64,000 nt of DNA from Octopus vulgaris (taxonomy: Eukaryota). The DNA lies in the NCBI GenBank assembly GCA_951406725.2, contig OX597822.1, forward strand, positions 26,040,001-26,104,000. The letters are read 5' to 3'. This document shows, piece after piece, positions 14,876 to 31,270 of this stretch; positions within the stretch are counted from its first letter, which is position 1; each line of letters begins with the position of its first letter. Under the pieces are notes generated by a model, which was given only the letters and a program-made list of their open reading frames with translations, did not search any database and was not told the DNA's origin. A program made the translations under genes and the position numbers.

Positions 14876-17800
14876 TGATTGATTGATTGATTGATTCTAG
14901 TTTCAGCTTATGAGCTGTGGCCATGCTGGGGCACCGCCATTTGGTGTTGCTACTTGGTTTCACATCATGGAGGCTTTCTAGCAACTGCTATTTGGTGCAT
15001 GAGAGAGTTCGATGCAGCTGCCCTCATCTGCCCCTCCTGCCGTGAAGTTGGTTCATCTGGGACACCTGACAGGAAGAGATCCAGCTTCATTTTAAAGACA
15101 TTTGTATCCACCCCATGCAGGTCTCTCAGGTTCTTCGGGAGGATATTGAAGAGCTGTGGGCCTCGGAAGCCCAGGCTATCACAGAATCTTGTCCTACATC
15201 TTGATGGCAGGTTTGGAGTCCTAGGCACCACGCAGTGGCGCCCAGTTCTGGTATTTGCGTAACTCTCGATGCCAAAGTTCAGGACACTTCCCTCCAGGAT
15301 CTTCCAGATGTATATTATGGCATATCTTTCCCGCCTACGCTCCAGGGAATATAATTTTAATCTCTTGAGTCTTTCCCAGTAGCTTACATTCTGCATAGAG
15401 GCTATCTTCTTTGTGTAGCTTCGTTGGATCGCCTCAAGTTCTGTGATCAACTTGACACTGGATGGTGACCATAGCTGAGAGCAATAGTCAAAGTGGCTTA
15501 GGACAAGTGTCTTCCAGAGGACCATCATGGTTTCTTGTTCTCTTGTTCTAAAGGTTCTAAGAATCCATCCAGCCAGCCGTCTACATTTCATTGTCAGTTT
15601 AGCAACATGTACATGAAAGGTCGCGTCATCACTCATGTGAATACCAAGGTCACGCACTGATTGTGCCTCTGGGATTGCAATCCCTCCGGGTCCAGTGTAT
15701 TCATTGGGTATTGCATTCAGTTTTGCATGCTGATAGTATAAAGCTTGAAACTTTCCAGCATTGAACTGCATGCTATTCTTTTCAGCCCACTTGTATATTT
15801 CGTCCAGCTCACATTGCAGGTGTTTAGTGTCCTCAGGGTTCTGTATTGCCTGTGAGACTTTTGTATCATCTGCATAACTTGTGATCGTGGCTCTCTGCGT
15901 GGCTGAGGGCATGTCTGAGAGGGCCATTATGAACAGTAGTGGTCCCAGAACAGTGCCCTGCGGAACACCGCTCACTATTTGTGTGTTAATGGAGGTGGCC
16001 CCATTGGCTACTACCACCTGACTTCTATCCTTCAGAAAGTCATGAAGCCATTCTCCCAGTTTTCCAACTATGTTGAGATCACGCAGTTTGTGACATATCA
16101 TTCCATGATCGACTTTATCAAAGGCCTTTGCAAAGTCGAGATATATCACTTCCACATTTGAGTGGTTGAGCAGCCGTTTCAGCACCCAGTCATAGTGTTG
16201 TAGGAGCTGAGTTAAACAGCTTCTCCCTGGTCGGAAACCATGTTGGGTGTCGGGCAGCAGGTCATTCTCTTCAAGGAAGGTGATCAGCTTCCTTCTGACT
16301 ATTCGTTCCATGACCTTGCTGATGTGTGAGGTCAGAGAGATAGGTCTATAGTTCTTGGCTTCCGCTCTGCTACCTCCTTTATGAATGGGGCATATTTTAC
16401 CTTCCTTCAGTTTTCCTGGAAGTTTGCCAGCTGCAAGGAAGCTCTGAAAGAGGAACTGCAGTGGTCTTGCTAGGACTCTCTTACATGCTTTTAGGAGGAT
16501 TGCCGGGAATCCATCGGGGCCAGTAGCTGAGTCTGTTTTCATTTCATCTATAGCCTTGGTTACATCGTCTTCCTTTATATCGATGTAATCTATCGTCGCC
16601 GCCTCTGATTTTATATCTGCAGTGGTAAAAAAGTCAGTTGGATTGGTGATTTGGAGATGCCCAAGGGGTGGAGTGAAAACACTCTTGAATTGCTCATTCA
16701 GTATTTCACTTACCCTCATTGGTTTTCCTGTAAGTGTGCCATCCTTTTCAAGGAGTGGCCCTATTCTACAGTGCACTGTAGCTGTTTCTTTGGCATACCT
16801 GTAGAAAGCTCTGGGGTTAGATTTTATGTTTTCTATAGCCCAGGCTTCTTTGTCTGCTCTTTCTTTTTCATGGGAGAGTTGCAGACATTTTTCGATTTCC
16901 AACAGTTTTATTTTTAGGCGGGACTTTTCACTGCTTTCAATCTGTTTGTTTAGGCGATTTGAAAATTTCGTACGCCGTCTCATTAAAATTTTCCTCTCTC
17001 TGGGGATTTTGTTCTTGTGTACAGTGGCCTTTCTCTCTGGGACACATTTGTAGCATATGGCTTGCATTACAGACATGAATTGTTGAAGTTTCACGTCGAT
17101 GTCTGGCGAGGAGAGACATTCAGGCCAGTTTTGTTTGAGGATCTCTTTCTCAATTTGTTTCCAGTTTGCCTTATGGTAGTTCAAGCTGGAAAGATTTTGA
17201 GGGTTTCTTGTAGGCTGCATGTCCGTGCTCTCTTTTGGCCCGTACATGGTCAGCTCTATCATGTTGTGATCCGAGAGTAGTGTCGGTGTCACTTTCACAT
17301 TATGGATGAGATCCATGTCATTTGTGAAGCAGAGATCCAGTGTGTTACCTGCCCTGGTTGGTTGGAGTATTACCTGCTCCATGTACAGGGTGTTGATGAG
17401 GTTCAGGAGGGACCTCGCCTGTCCTCGTTCACATCTTGTCATTCCTGGGAGAGAAAGGCCCTCGGGCCATCTGACATTGGGCAGATTGAAGTCTCCCATA
17501 AGAAGCACACCTATGTGTTGTTCTAATGTGGTTAGAATTTCTTCTATTTTTATAAGGCAGTCTTCGAACTTGCCCACATGGCTTGGGGCATCTGGAGGGC
17601 GATATGTAGCACACACAACTACATCAAGTTGCCTAATATGTACAATTAGTGTGTCACACACCGAGTTTGAGTATGACAAGAGGACCTGGGGTGTGAGGTC
17701 CTCACGGATGTACATAGCAACACCTCCATGACTCCTTTCTTTCCTGTCGGTCCGTAGTACAGCATACTGTGGTATGTGTAACTCCGCATCTGCTATGTCC

Positions 17801-18176
17801 GGTTTCAGGTGCGTTTCTGTAAGTGCTATGCATAAGGCTTGATTGCATGCAACAAAGTCTCTCAGGAACGGGATCTTTGTCCTGTTACTGAGTGTTTGCA
17901 GTCCTCTGATGTTCAGTAGGAGTATCGAGGTGAGGTGTACGTTGTTGCCGGCGGTGTCCATCCTGTGTCTGTTTGCTGTGGTGGTCTGGTATATAGTGGG
18001 TAGTCCCACCTGCGGGCTTGGGTTTGATGAAGCCAGGTCAGCTGCTGTACAATCTTTTGTGCCATGCACAAAAAAGATTGTTGCTCAGCAGCTGCTCTTT
18101 CGACAACATCATGTAGGCTGTTTGTGGCGCGCACAACATCTGCGTACCTCCGCTTTGGGGCAGGTAGTGCGTAGTC
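14876..18176 (-). mobile_element. CR1-group LINE (family B) with ORF1 C-terminus and intact ORF2
   Basis: ORF1 remnant 17913-18176 overlaps ORF2; (AATC)n tail; (TA)n on both sides. Confidence 0.96.
14965..18069 (-). CDS. LINE ORF2: APE plus RT (1034 aa open frame)
   Basis: Full APE and RT motifs with no stops; initiation site uncertain. Confidence 0.93.
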   Translation of the reverse strand: MHGTKDCTAADLASSNPSPQVGLPTIYQTTTANRHRMDTAGNNVHLTSILLLNIRGLQTLSNRTKIPFLRDFVACNQALCIALTETHLKPDIADAELHIPQYAVLRTDRKERSHGGVAMYIREDLTPQVLLSYSNSVCDTLIVHIRQLDVVVCATYRPPDAPSHVGKFEDCLIKIEEILTTLEQHIGVLLMGDFNLPNVRWPEGLSLPGMTRCERGQARSLLNLINTLYMEQVILQPTRAGNTLDLCFTNDMDLIHNVKVTPTLLSDHNMIELTMYGPKESTDMQPTRNPQNLSSLNYHKANWKQIEKEILKQNWPECLSSPDIDVKLQQFMSVMQAICYKCVPERKATVHKNKIPRERKILMRRRTKFSNRLNKQIESSEKSRLKIKLLEIEKCLQLSHEKERADKEAWAIENIKSNPRAFYRYAKETATVHCRIGPLLEKDGTLTGKPMRVSEILNEQFKSVFTPPLGHLQITNPTDFFTTADIKSEAATIDYIDIKEDDVTKAIDEMKTDSATGPDGFPAILLKACKRVLARPLQFLFQSFLAAGKLPGKLKEGKICPIHKGGSRAEAKNYRPISLTSHISKVMERIVRRKLITFLEENDLLPDTQHGFRPGRSCLTQLLQHYDWVLKRLLNHSNVEVIYLDFAKAFDKVDHGMICHKLRDLNIVGKLGEWLHDFLKDRSQVVVANGATSINTQIVSGVPQGTVLGPLLFIMALSDMPSATQRATITSYADDTKVSQAIQNPEDTKHLQCELDEIYKWAEKNSMQFNAGKFQALYYQHAKLNAIPNEYTGPGGIAIPEAQSVRDLGIHMSDDATFHVHVAKLTMKCRRLAGWILRTFRTREQETMMVLWKTLVLSHFDYCSQLWSPSSVKLITELEAIQRSYTKKIASMQNVSYWERLKRLKLYSLERRRERYAIIYIWKILEGSVLNFGIESYANTRTGRHCVVPRTPNLPSRCRTRFCDSLGFRGPQLFNILPKNLRDLHGVDTNVFKMKLDLFLSGVPDEPTSRQEGQMRAAASNSLMHQIAVARKPP

Positions 18177-20114
<1,938 letters not shown>

Positions 20115-21085
20115 TAAAATAATTGAACGAAATTAACTCAAATTTAGTTAACCTAACTAACAAAATAGATGGACTAAATTACCGTACCCGAGAAGAAACG
20201 GAATTGGAACAAAGAAGACAATGAACAGGTTAGTCAAAATTTGAACAAACTATGCACGACACTGCATTCATTTTTGACAAATTATTTTGAAAAAGAATCA
20301 TCAACACATTTAATTAAAAGTCGGGTTAACCATATTTGGTCTAAAAATCTCAACACAAGGAAAATTTCTTTTTGGAATAGGATAGAAAATAACAATAAAG
20401 CAGAAATTTACGAAAAATGGTGTAACTCAACACCGTTAATCCTACCACGCAAATTTCAAATTAAACCAATCCCAGAAGAACCAGAACAGCAAAGAAAGCT
20501 TAGGGAGAAATTAGCATTAGAAAAATTTAAAATAGAAATTGAGTTAATCAAACTCAGAGCTTCGAGTAACGAACAAAAATACAAAAAGATCGATGAGTAA
20601 ATGCACTCCGAACTCACCAAACATGCTGAGGGACAACTTTTGGAAGTATTTTAAAATTATGGAATGACAACTGTGAGACGGAAGAAATAAACTCCCTGCG
20701 ACGATGGGGAAACAGTATTAACTTCTTCCTCAATTATGAAACTCAATTCAAAAGAGACTACACTTCAGATAACCCCTTCATAAAAAAATCTACAACAAAT
20801 TCATCTACACAAATAAATACACATCCACCTAGATCAAACAATCAAAATCCAAAAGAACACAAACACAATAAAGTAATCCAACGCCTAGAAGTAAGCAATT
20901 CTCTATCTAATAACAGGAACTTCTCATTCTATTAGAAACACTAGAAGAAACCAGCCTAGAGTAAGGAGTGATCATTTTTTCTACCCAGCATCTAGAAATA
21001 TACAAGAGACCCCCTTTACCCTTCAACGAAGAAACAACATAATTAAACACCCCAAGAATTCACTCCAACGAAGAAATCCTAACCA

Positions 21086-21087
<2 letters not shown>
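20115..21087 (+). pseudogene. Degenerate coding fragment, probably a retroelement ORF1 of unknown family
   Basis: ORF 20241-20600 is charged and coiled-coil-like, and continues with stops and frameshifts; flanked by microsatellites. No family recognised. Confidence 0.4.
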
Positions 21088-21141
<54 letters not shown>

Positions 21142-21192
21142 AAATGAATAAAAGAATAGAGTCGAACGAGGATTTTAACACAATTCCTTTAA

Positions 21193-21271
21193 TTTCAACA
21201 CATGTTTCGAAGAGTGCATATTCTTAATTCTGAAGGAATAAGGTGCATTATGCCGTCTTCTCATCAGGAAA
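21193..21271 (-). ncRNA. Type I hammerhead ribozyme, long stem II
   Basis: Minus strand: tttc-CTGATGA-gaaga..tcttc-GAAAC-atgt-GTT-gaaa. Confidence 0.8.
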
Positions 21272-21793
21272 GTCAAAGAAAATCAATCAGCCTCAAAACG
21301 GACAAAAAACTTTTCTATGGCTTGCTACATATTGACCACAGTGATAATGAGTGATTTTAAAAATCCGTTAAAAGCAATGAGGTCAAAAATGTTTGGAAGA
21401 GGAATTTATGAAAATAGGAAGGGGACACTATGCATGCTGTATGAATATGGATGCGGGTGTGTTTGCTCTGGTTAATAAGTTTTATTGCTTATGTGTGTGT
21501 ATGAGTGTGTGTATATAACTGCATTTATGTCTATGTATGTATATGTGTGTAAACATGTATAGGTAGGGGCCGGTTGTCAGATAAATATAGCAGTAAACCG
21601 AGAAATTTTTGTCTGTGTGTTTGATTGAGTGTATGACAGAGACAGATAAGTAGAAAGAGAGAGGGAAAGGTAGAGAGGAAGGGATGAACATACGCCAGTG
21701 ACATATAGTATCATTGTTATTGATAACTTCTCTGTTTTAGTATTTAATTTCACGTCCCTTTTATGTCTAATTCGTTACATAAAACAATGATAC

Positions 21794-21885
<92 letters not shown>

Positions 21886-22582
21886 GTTAATGCGCTAAAT
21901 TTGTGTTTTTCACGTACATATTGTGTGCGCCAGAATTCCATGAAATAGAGGGATGGGGAAGATGAACGAGAGAGAACATGGGTGTGCGTGTTTTAAAAAT
22001 CTGGGTTTTTTTTCTTGTTTTGTCCTTTTGCATTTTTTAGATAACCTTTGTAAGAAATGGAAAAAGAGAGAAAGAAACAGACGGATGGATTTTCAATATT
22101 AGGCGTGTTGCTATGTATACGCACACACATATCTGTAAGTTTAGTAAAAATAGAAAAGCGCACAAATACGTTGGTAAAATGGCTATTTACAAAGTTTTAC
22201 TTACCTGGAAATTTAAAAGGGCAAAACAGACAAAACTGACAGCTACAATCAGTAAACAAGCTTTAAAACAACTGTCTTTTCTAAATGTAGACATTTTAAG
22301 ATCAGGCAAGTACTGAGATTTATAACGTTGATACGGTCTGCTGGATTTTACGATCTAAATGCAGTTTTGTGAATAATTTACACTTTCTGATATATAAAAT
22401 TAGTACAAATATATTTTCAGATTCTCCACTATTCCACTTAAAATATTTGTCTTATTTTTCTGAAATTTAAAATAGTTTTACAGTCATCTGCGTAGATGTG
22501 TTGTTCTCCCCTGGAAGTATCCTTCAACAATGAGCGAAAAGGAGACGACTGCTTTTACACAGGTAAAACAGTGACAGGATAT

Positions 22583-22613
<31 letters not shown>

Positions 22614-22654
22614 TTTGTCGCGATCGATTATTATTTAAATAAGCTTATCAGAGT

Positions 22655-22774
22655 GAGCGGGTGTTGTATGAAGTTTGCTTTCTAACAATATGATTCTTGG
22701 TTCAGTTCCACGGCGTTGCACCTTAGACATGTGTACTGGTGATGGATTTCGTAGCAGAAATTGAAAGAAGCCTG

Positions 22775-22833
<59 letters not shown>

Positions 22834-23061
22834 TATGTAAGATCGAAGATGAAAATTTTTGCTGGGAACTCAAGAGATATAGCTTATACACACATTTCCC
22901 ATTTTTTTAAATCTACGACCGCATTGTTGTTTTCATTACGAAACTTCGTAACAAATCAGTGGTGGCTAGAATTTCTATAGAAAATCTCTTGCGATAAACA
23001 TAACAAGTGATATATATATACATACATGCATATATATATGTATGTATATGTATATATCTAT

Positions 23062-23101
<40 letters not shown>

Positions 23102-23310
23102 TTCCCAACCACATGTTTCAAGGTTCATATATATATTTGTGTGCTTGTGTTTTTGCTCCACTTCGCTTGACAACCGAAGTTTGTGTGTTTATGTCCCCTT
23201 AACTTAGCGGTTCCGCAATAGCAACCAATAGAATAAGTTATAGACTCTCAAAGAATATGTCGATTTATTCTGTTACAGGCGGGATTCCAGTATGGCAGCA
23301 GTCAAATGAT
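22655..23310 (+). mobile_element. Degenerate SINE split by an internal microsatellite/insertion
   Basis: tRNA-like head (ggttcagttcc) near 22700 and tail (aacttagcggttc..cagtatggcagcagtcaaatga) at 23140-23310. Confidence 0.6.
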
Positions 23311-23411
23311 CAATGAATGTCGATGGATTTGAAAGCCTGTTCTTGCCTTAGCACCAGCTGCAAGAGAACCTTACTGATTTTGTCGACAGCCGCATTACAT
23401 AATCACTGACT

Positions 23412-23783
23412 GTTGCTAAAGTTTTGTGCAGTATTAAATAAATTAACGCCTAACGAAATCTAACTATAAACATCTAAAGGAACACAAACACACAAAACTA
23501 ACAAGAGTATAACTAGGTTTAAGGTATATTTTTTTAAGCTACAATATATCTTCACAGATAAATACATTTTCTATCACTTTGCTCTATTTTTTTATTTTAA
23601 ATATTTGACAAAATAAATGTATTGATATAATGCATTAAGTATCAGATATATTTTAGCTTAAAAATATATAACTTTAACCTTGTTATACTCTTGTTAATTT
23701 TGTGTGTGTGTGTTCCTGTATATGTTTATAGTTAGATTTCGTTGGGCGTTAATTTATTTAATACTGCACAAAACTTTAGCAAT
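23412..23783. repeat. Foldback inverted repeat, ~140-bp arms
   Basis: 23412-23551 is the imperfect reverse complement of 23645-23783. Confidence 0.85.
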
Positions 23784-23949
23784 GTAACTGATACATTTAT
23801 ATGTAATTGATCCTAATGTTTTAAGTATCAGATTTAGTTAATGGAGTTTCGTCTATAAGAAAAATCATTATTTTATTTATTTTTTAATAAATATTGTTTA
23901 ACTCTATTTGCTTATTTATTTAACTATTATTGTTAACCTGAAGATTTTT

Positions 23950-24345
23950 TTTTTACTTGTTTCAGTCATTTGACTGCGGCCATGCTGGAGCACCGCGTTT
24001 AGTCGAGCAAATCGACTCCGAGACTTATTTTTTTGTAAGCCCAGTACTTATTCTATCGGTCTCCTTTTTGTCGAACCGCTAGGTGACGGGGACGTAAACA
24101 CACCAGCATCGGTTGTCAAGCAATGCTAGGGGGACAAACACAGACACACACAAACACACACACACACATATATATATACACAACAGGCTTCTTTCAGTTT
24201 CCGTCTACCAAATCCACTCACAAGGCATTGGTCGACCCGGGGCTATAGCAGAAGACACTTGCCCAAGGAGCCACGCAGTGGGACTGAACCCGGAACCATG
24301 TGGTTGGTTAGCAAGCTACTTACCACACAGCCACTCCTACGCCTA
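23950..24345 (-). mobile_element. Full-length tRNA-derived SINE with CR1-type tail
   Basis: Reverse complement of the 62858 family: tRNA head, internal microsatellite and GCGGTGCTCCAGCATGGCC tail. Confidence 0.9.
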
Positions 24346-24580
24346 TATTGAATATGATTTTAATTGAATTCATTTCAATTAAATTTAAATTTAATTGTAA
24401 TTGAATTTAACTATAGCCATGAAACGTACGTAGTTTTTTTTACTTATTATATATTGATTATTCATTTTTATACATTTTGTGATCTAGTAATATGTTTTAT
24501 AAAAATAATTTATATTTGTTATTTATGTTTTGGTTTATGCCTATCATTGTTTGAATTGCATAATGATTTTATCTCTAACT

Positions 24581-24634
<54 letters not shown>

Positions 24635-25169
24635 ATAATACTAATGCGCTAACTTTTTGTTTTTGTACGTACCTGTTGTGTGCGCCATACTTCAAAGAAG
24701 TGGCAAAGCGAGTGAGGGGAGGACAGAGAGACACTAAGAGAGAGAGTGAGAGAGAAAGATAGAGTGAAAGAGACAGTGAGTGTTGACGGCGTTCGTTTTG
24801 TTTTTAAATGTTTATCACATTGCAAGAGAAGTAGATACATCGATACATATACACATTGTTAAATTAAAAGCGTGAGAGAAGAGGGACACAAAGGAAGTGA
24901 AAGAGAAAGAGCGAAAGTGAGAGAAACAGTAGATACATAAATCCAAAGAAAAGTTCATACATAGATATAAAGACGCAGCAAATATTGGCTATCAATTTCA
25001 CTTTTCATTAATACACGAGGATAAAATTAACTCACAAATGGCTGAGTGCTCCACAGACATGAATAACATTAACATGATTCTCAGGGAGATTCGGCCTCAC
25101 GCAGAATATGACAAAGCTGGCCCCTTTGAATTACAGCTAAAACTTGAGACATACGTATATATATATATA

Positions 25170-26125
25170 ACATAAATTGAAAACAGAACACAAAGGATAT
25201 CGTGGTACACGTGTTTCAAGCTTTATAAATAATCTCTTATTACATCAGCATAGATATATTATCGATATAAAAGATGGTTTAAAGCTCTCTTCAGCCGCAA
25301 TCATTGTTAGTCCAAAGATTTCATCAAAAAATAAAAAGTACACATAGTGTTACCCATTATAATAGGTTTATCACATCTCTTTGAAAAGGTATATTTGTTT
25401 AAAGGTTCGTTGGATTTCAAAAATATGCCCATACTGTACCACTATTCAGCTTAGAGTGGATTGAGTTTATATTTAATTAGCGTGTATAAGATAGAACGAA
25501 AAGATAAAAGTTAAAAAATAAAGTAAGAAATAAAATAAGAAATAAGATAAGAGTAACGGAAGTAAAAACAAATGTAATAAAATGAGGATAATAAAAGTAA
25601 AAATAAGGATAATATAGTTAGATACACATATAAATAAGATTGACCAAAATTGGAATAATTTAACAAAAGAAATAAAAAGATAAAGTAGAATAAGAGATAA
25701 AGAGATAAAATATTATAGAGCTGGAAAAGGATGTTGTCTTGGATGAGATGGTAGTGGTCATAAATAACTTCTTAGTTTGACCACTCGTTGAATTATATAT
25801 TAAGGTTGTAATTTTATATCATTGTGATGAATGGTCAGTTTACCCAAACACACCACTAAAAATTACTAGCTTTATAAACTTACAGATTTTTTTCTGTAAA
25901 TGTTCTCATTGAAGTTAAAAAAGTTATTCTGTTGGATGAATTTTGGTCCCTCAATGATGAATCCTTTTCCAATTCGGGCAGGAATGTCATTTGGGATTTT
26001 TTCAACCAGAATTGTATAGCTTTTATTCCGTATTCCTGGGGAATCGAAGTGTAGAGGTTTATTACATCGAATGAGACCAAAAGGGAGTGTATGCGGGTTT
26101 TGCTCGGGAGATGGTTTGAAAAATC
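25170..26125 (-). mobile_element. Neptune-like PLE remnant (RT fragment plus pLTR)
   Basis: SFDVINLYTSIP..GIKAIQFWL resembles the 28544 ORF; hammerhead downstream. Confidence 0.75.
25202..25298 (-). ncRNA. Type I hammerhead ribozyme, long stem II
   Basis: Minus strand: gcgg-CTGAAGA-gagcttta..taaagctt-GAAAC-acgt-GTA-ccac. Confidence 0.8.
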
Positions 26126-26693
26126 TGCGTCGTCCTCTAAAAGACCATTTACCAGTCGTGGACAGAAAGGTTTTAATTTCAGCTTCTGCATTAGGCGTTG
26201 CAATGATGTTCTTGGTATGGATAGTTCTAGAGAAGTATGTCGTGCGGACTTCTTTGGATTGTTCACAAATGTCATAGCCACTAGCATCTCATTTTTTTCA
26301 GTCAGAGAAGTCTAAGGGCATCCAGATTTTAGTGCATTACTCACTGAACCTGTGGTATCAAATTTATTTCTTATCCGATAAATTGTCTGGCGTGAAGGTG
26401 GAGGAGTGTGAAAGTTTTCTTGCCATGCTATGCGCACCTGCTCGGCATCTTCAGACTTCCAATACTGCTTAAGTACCCACTTTCTTTGCTCTTGCTTGAA
26501 ATTGTTTGCCATGGCTCACACTTTACAGTACCTGTAAAAGAAAACAATTACAAACTGAATAGGGAGCTTGACAAAATTAACTAAATGAGCATAGAATAAT
26601 GGTTTATTTTTTAAAAATTGAGATTTAAAATGTTAATATATGAATGCGTAAGAGATAGTTCAATAACTGTAAACCTACTTTTGGGCCATTCTG
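26126..26693 (-). mobile_element. Tc1/mariner-superfamily transposon, 5' part (DUF4817-like HTH)
   Basis: PPSRQTIYRIRNKFDTTGSV..SG.P..S.R..SLELSIPRTSL motifs; TA|CAGAATGGCCCAAAAG terminus. Confidence 0.8.
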
Positions 26694-26823
26694 TATATGT
26701 GTGTGTGTGTGCGCGCGCGCGCGTTTGTGTGTATTTTCCGGTCACTTCAGCAATGTAACTATACGTGTTCCGTTAGTGATTTCGATTGTTTTTTTTTGGG
26801 GGGGGGGGATTTTCCCTTTCTCC

Positions 26824-26856
26824 TTTCCGACGAAGAGATGTGTTCGAAATATCGAA
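26824..26856 (+). ncRNA. Minimal hammerhead variant (extra-A core)
   Basis: ttt-CCGACGAA-gag-atgtg-ttc-GAAA-TATC-gaa. Confidence 0.5.
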
Positions 26857-27459
26857 CTTTCTCCTTTTACCGGACATCAAGCTAATACATTTCTTATGAA
26901 TGCCCTCATGTCGTCCGTTTTTATTCGTTTATTTGAATTGTTTATTTCGGCGTTCGGCCAAGCCTGTTCTTTCTTTCTTGGTCTGGCCGTTGTCCGTGCA
27001 ACATCGATATTCCCCCCTTTGCTTCTGAAATCTTGTATCTCTACCGTAAGGCTTCATTTCAACACACACAAGCTTAATTCAATTCGTCCTTAGTCGAAAG
27101 ACACCTGTTGTTATGTCCTGTTATTATTTTTTATTTTATTTGTATTTGTGTAACATTGTCCGTTTTTTTCCGTCCTTGTTTTTGTATACATTCGCTGCTT
27201 TCTTCCAATTAATTTAATGCTCTTAGCTTAGTTTTTCCTTGGGGTTGGCCAGATTGGAGCAATCTCAAGTATAATCAGCCGAAATTGCGTGGATAATCTG
27301 GTGCTTGACTGAAGAGAGAAAATTTCGAATAACCCGTCCTTGTTTTCTTTGTATCGTCTATCAGGATGTTTTGTTGTCCCATTTTGTATTTATACACACA
27401 CACACGTACACACACACACACACACAAACACTCACACACACATACACACACACACACAG

Positions 27460-27513
<54 letters not shown>

Positions 27514-27659
27514 ATTTATATATGAGGATAATATCGATATTTAAGTGTCGAAATTATCAAGTGGCCAGCATGAAAGAAATACCTTACAAAGGTAAAAAAA
27601 TTTTTAACAATTAAAAATGAGGGTGTCTTTTAGACACCCTCATTTTTAATTGTTATATA

Positions 27660-27731
<72 letters not shown>

Positions 27732-27814
27732 TGAGAAAGTTGGTGTGTGAAAGCACGTGGTTGAATATATAGAAAATAGTAAAAAGTGAAAAAACTACAG
27801 AAGGCTTGTTTTAA

Positions 27815-30058
27815 AAGGTTAGACAAACGCAAAAAAACACTAAGTCAAGCAACATCCCACATACAAGCAATTCGAAACAAAAATATTTCACATACAGAAA
27901 GTTTACACACACCACAAACGAAAACAACCATAGATTCCCACACACACACAACAATCGGAGGCAACAATACCACCGTTCCCCCGAACCAATATCACACAAC
28001 CTCACAGACAACTCATACAAACAAAATTACACCCAACATTTTTTAGCCAGGGACCAGAGACACCAGGACACAGGCTGGAACCTAGTAATAAGGAAAAACC
28101 GAAGATAATCAACCTTTCAACCAAACCTCTCTCTAACATAAAAATTGACATCCTCTCAAAAGGGCTCAAATTTACGCCAACGCCACGCAGAGCCAACCTA
28201 AATGAAATCAAGGATAATATAACAGAATTTTGCAGAAAATTAAGACTAGCAGGAGCATCAACCAGTTTCAATACTGAAGATGAATCACTAGTCAAGAACA
28301 AAAGTGAACACATCCCCCACAGAGGAAGAAATAAAGATCTTGACGATTTCTGCAACCACATTGAGAACTTTCCCTACCATACTATACATAAACAGACAGT
28401 TAACTCAAATTTTAACACTACACAATGGAAGGAACTGATAGAACTTCAAAATGATGAAGATATAACCATTAAGGAAGCAGACAAGGGAAGTGCAGTTGTA
28501 ATAATGGATACATCATACTATAGAAATCTTGTAATTTCCTTGCTTGATGACAATCAACATTATGAAAAAAATCACCAACTACACCCCGCAAAAAATAATG
28601 AAAACTCTATCTTCACTAATTAAAACCCATGAAAAGGAACTAACAACCAAAGAGATTGACTTTCTAACAAACTTTAAATGCAAGCCTAGCATCTTCTATG
28701 GTCTGCCAAAAATTCATAAAAGCCAAATTATAAATGAAACCATTAAAAAATCACCAAAGACATACATACACACACCTAATCCGGGGGACCTAAAACTACG
28801 ACCCATTGTAGCTGGCCCAACCTGTGAAACACACAGATTAAGTCTATTTATGGACATCCTCCTGAAACCCTTCCTTAAACATATCGATAGCCATATCAGA
28901 GATGACTTGGATATGTTAAACCACCTTCCAAAAAAAGCCAAGGAAGAAACAATCATGGTTTCATTTGATGTAGTTAATTTATATACCAGTATACCTCATA
29001 ATTATGGACTAGAGGCAATACAGTTCTGGCTGGACCAATTTCCGGCAGAAATGCCAAAAAGGATCAGTAAAGAATTCATTACTAAATCGGTTGAATTCAT
29101 CCTACATAATAACCACTTCATGTTTGACAATACATTTTACCGTAAAAAATCCGGAATTGCTATGGGTACAAGGGCAGCACCAGTCATTGCGAACCTAACA
29201 ATGGGCTACCTGGAAATAATTATTTACCAGGAATCTTTATCAACCTTTGGAAACCCCCTCTCTCAATACATAAAAGAGAATTGGAAACGATTCCTGGACG
29301 ATTGTTTTATACGCTGGAATGAAAACACAGATAAACTCCTAAAATTCAAAAACCTATTGAACAGCATCAACCCAAATATACAGTTCACAATGGAATACAA
29401 CCAAAAGGAGCTCCCATTTTTAGATATACTAATTAAAAAAATTAACCTTAAAATAGAAACAGACATTTTTTACAAAGCCACAGACGCCAAGCAATACCTA
29501 CTTTTTGATTCATGCCACCCAAGACACACTAAAACAAACATCCCTTTCAAGCTTGCAAGAAGGATATGCACAATAGTGTCAGAACAAAATACCAGGAACT
29601 TTAGACTACGAGAACTCGAAAACACCCTAATTGACAGACACTACCCAGCTCAACTCATAGAGGATGGGATCAGACGTGCAACAGAAATTGACATAGAAAC
29701 TTTGAGAAAAGTTCAACACAACACACCTTCCCCGAAAATACTGCCTTACATATCCACATACAACCCCAGAAACAAGGAAGCCTTCACCATCATCACCCAG
29801 AATTTACCAATACTTCATAAGGACCCCAAATTAAAGGAAATTCTAAACATACATAAAATCATTAAAAGCTACAAACAACCTAAATCACTTAAAAAGATTC
29901 TCACAAAGGCAAAATTGCTTTCTGAAATTACGGATGCAAAAGTAAAAAAAGTAGACCAACCTGTGCAACATGCCCAAACCTTCTAGAAGGATCAGAATTC
30001 CTCTTCAAAGAGGGACAAAAATTCAAGATCAAATCTAATTTTACTTGTGAAAGTAACA
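27815..30058 (+). mobile_element. Neptune-like Penelope-like element (RT; GIY-YIG truncated after the Cys linker)
   Basis: IINLS..KGLKFTPTP, KEADKG, YGLPKIHK, LRPIV, SFDVVNLYTSIP, GIAMG, RFLDD motifs; frameshift near 28580; CATC..NFTCES linker. Confidence 0.92.
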
Positions 30059-30922
30059 CTGAAAGGAAAACACTTAAGCACCATGATACAATATAGAAAA
30101 AATGTAGAGATTGAAAAAAAAGATCATCAAAATGAAAAATGTGATTAGAGTGAAGTTAACGCCCAATGAGTACGATGAAGGATTTGAAGCAGTTTAGCTT
30201 GTAAAAGAGAAAGGTGAAAAGTTGAAGGAACTATTTGCAGGAAATGATAGAGATCCGTCCGTTACAGTTTCGATTCGATGAGTTGCCACTAGTGGTGGCA
30301 TTTGATGACATAATAGAATGTCTAATACAAAGGGAAGTGAAATATCTAAAATTTTAAAACAAGGACTTTTTTATAAAATGATGCAAAAAAAAAAGTTAAT
30401 GTGATACATAAACAGTTAAATGACACTGCCTGCGTGTGGTGAGCAGGTAAGACATTTCATTTTTCATTATATCATTATAATCATAATTCCATTGGTTATA
30501 TGCTTTATGCACCCGACTGTGTTGTGTTGTCTCTCCTTGTATCGTCCTTCTTTTGTAGAGTCAATGAGCTCAAAATAAAGAAAACAGAGGGCGCTTGGAG
30601 TCTCGCGTAGCAGTAGTCGAAGTACGTCGTGTCAATATATTGTTTTACCTCCGCCTCGTTAAATGATATGTCCAAACACAAGGATACAAAATACTATCAA
30701 TTCTCGCTTGTATATTGAGTAAGATATTTTTTATTCCGCTGGTTCTCACAATTATGCTGCATTATGGGATATTTGTTGACTGGAGAATGTAAACAATGTC
30801 ATTTTTTTCTTGAGATATTTTGGCCAAATCAGTCTCTCGCTACTCCGGCGTTTTACCTGCAGGGACTGTGGAACTTCAGACAAGTTATGACAGGGAATTG
30901 ATGAGATTTGTATATCTACGTA

Positions 30923-31110
<188 letters not shown>

Positions 31111-31270
31111 TTTTAATATTTCTGTTATATGTAATTTTCTAGATTTTTTTTTTGTAATTTTTATATATATATATATTATATTGTGTGAAATTTGATTTAG
31201 TATTTCTAAATTGAATTTTTACCTGTACGTTAGGATTAATATTCGCTCAAATAATTATATATATATATAT

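Noticed and set aside
22484-22562. Possible plus-strand exon (cag|..ATG AGC GAA..CAG|gtaaaa; MSEKETTAFTQ)
   Set aside because: Only splice-like signals, with no homology or supported partner exon.
27305-27340. CTGAAGA..GAAT motif (similar weak motifs at ~4120 and ~48602)
   Set aside because: Core or stems too broken to call as hammerheads.
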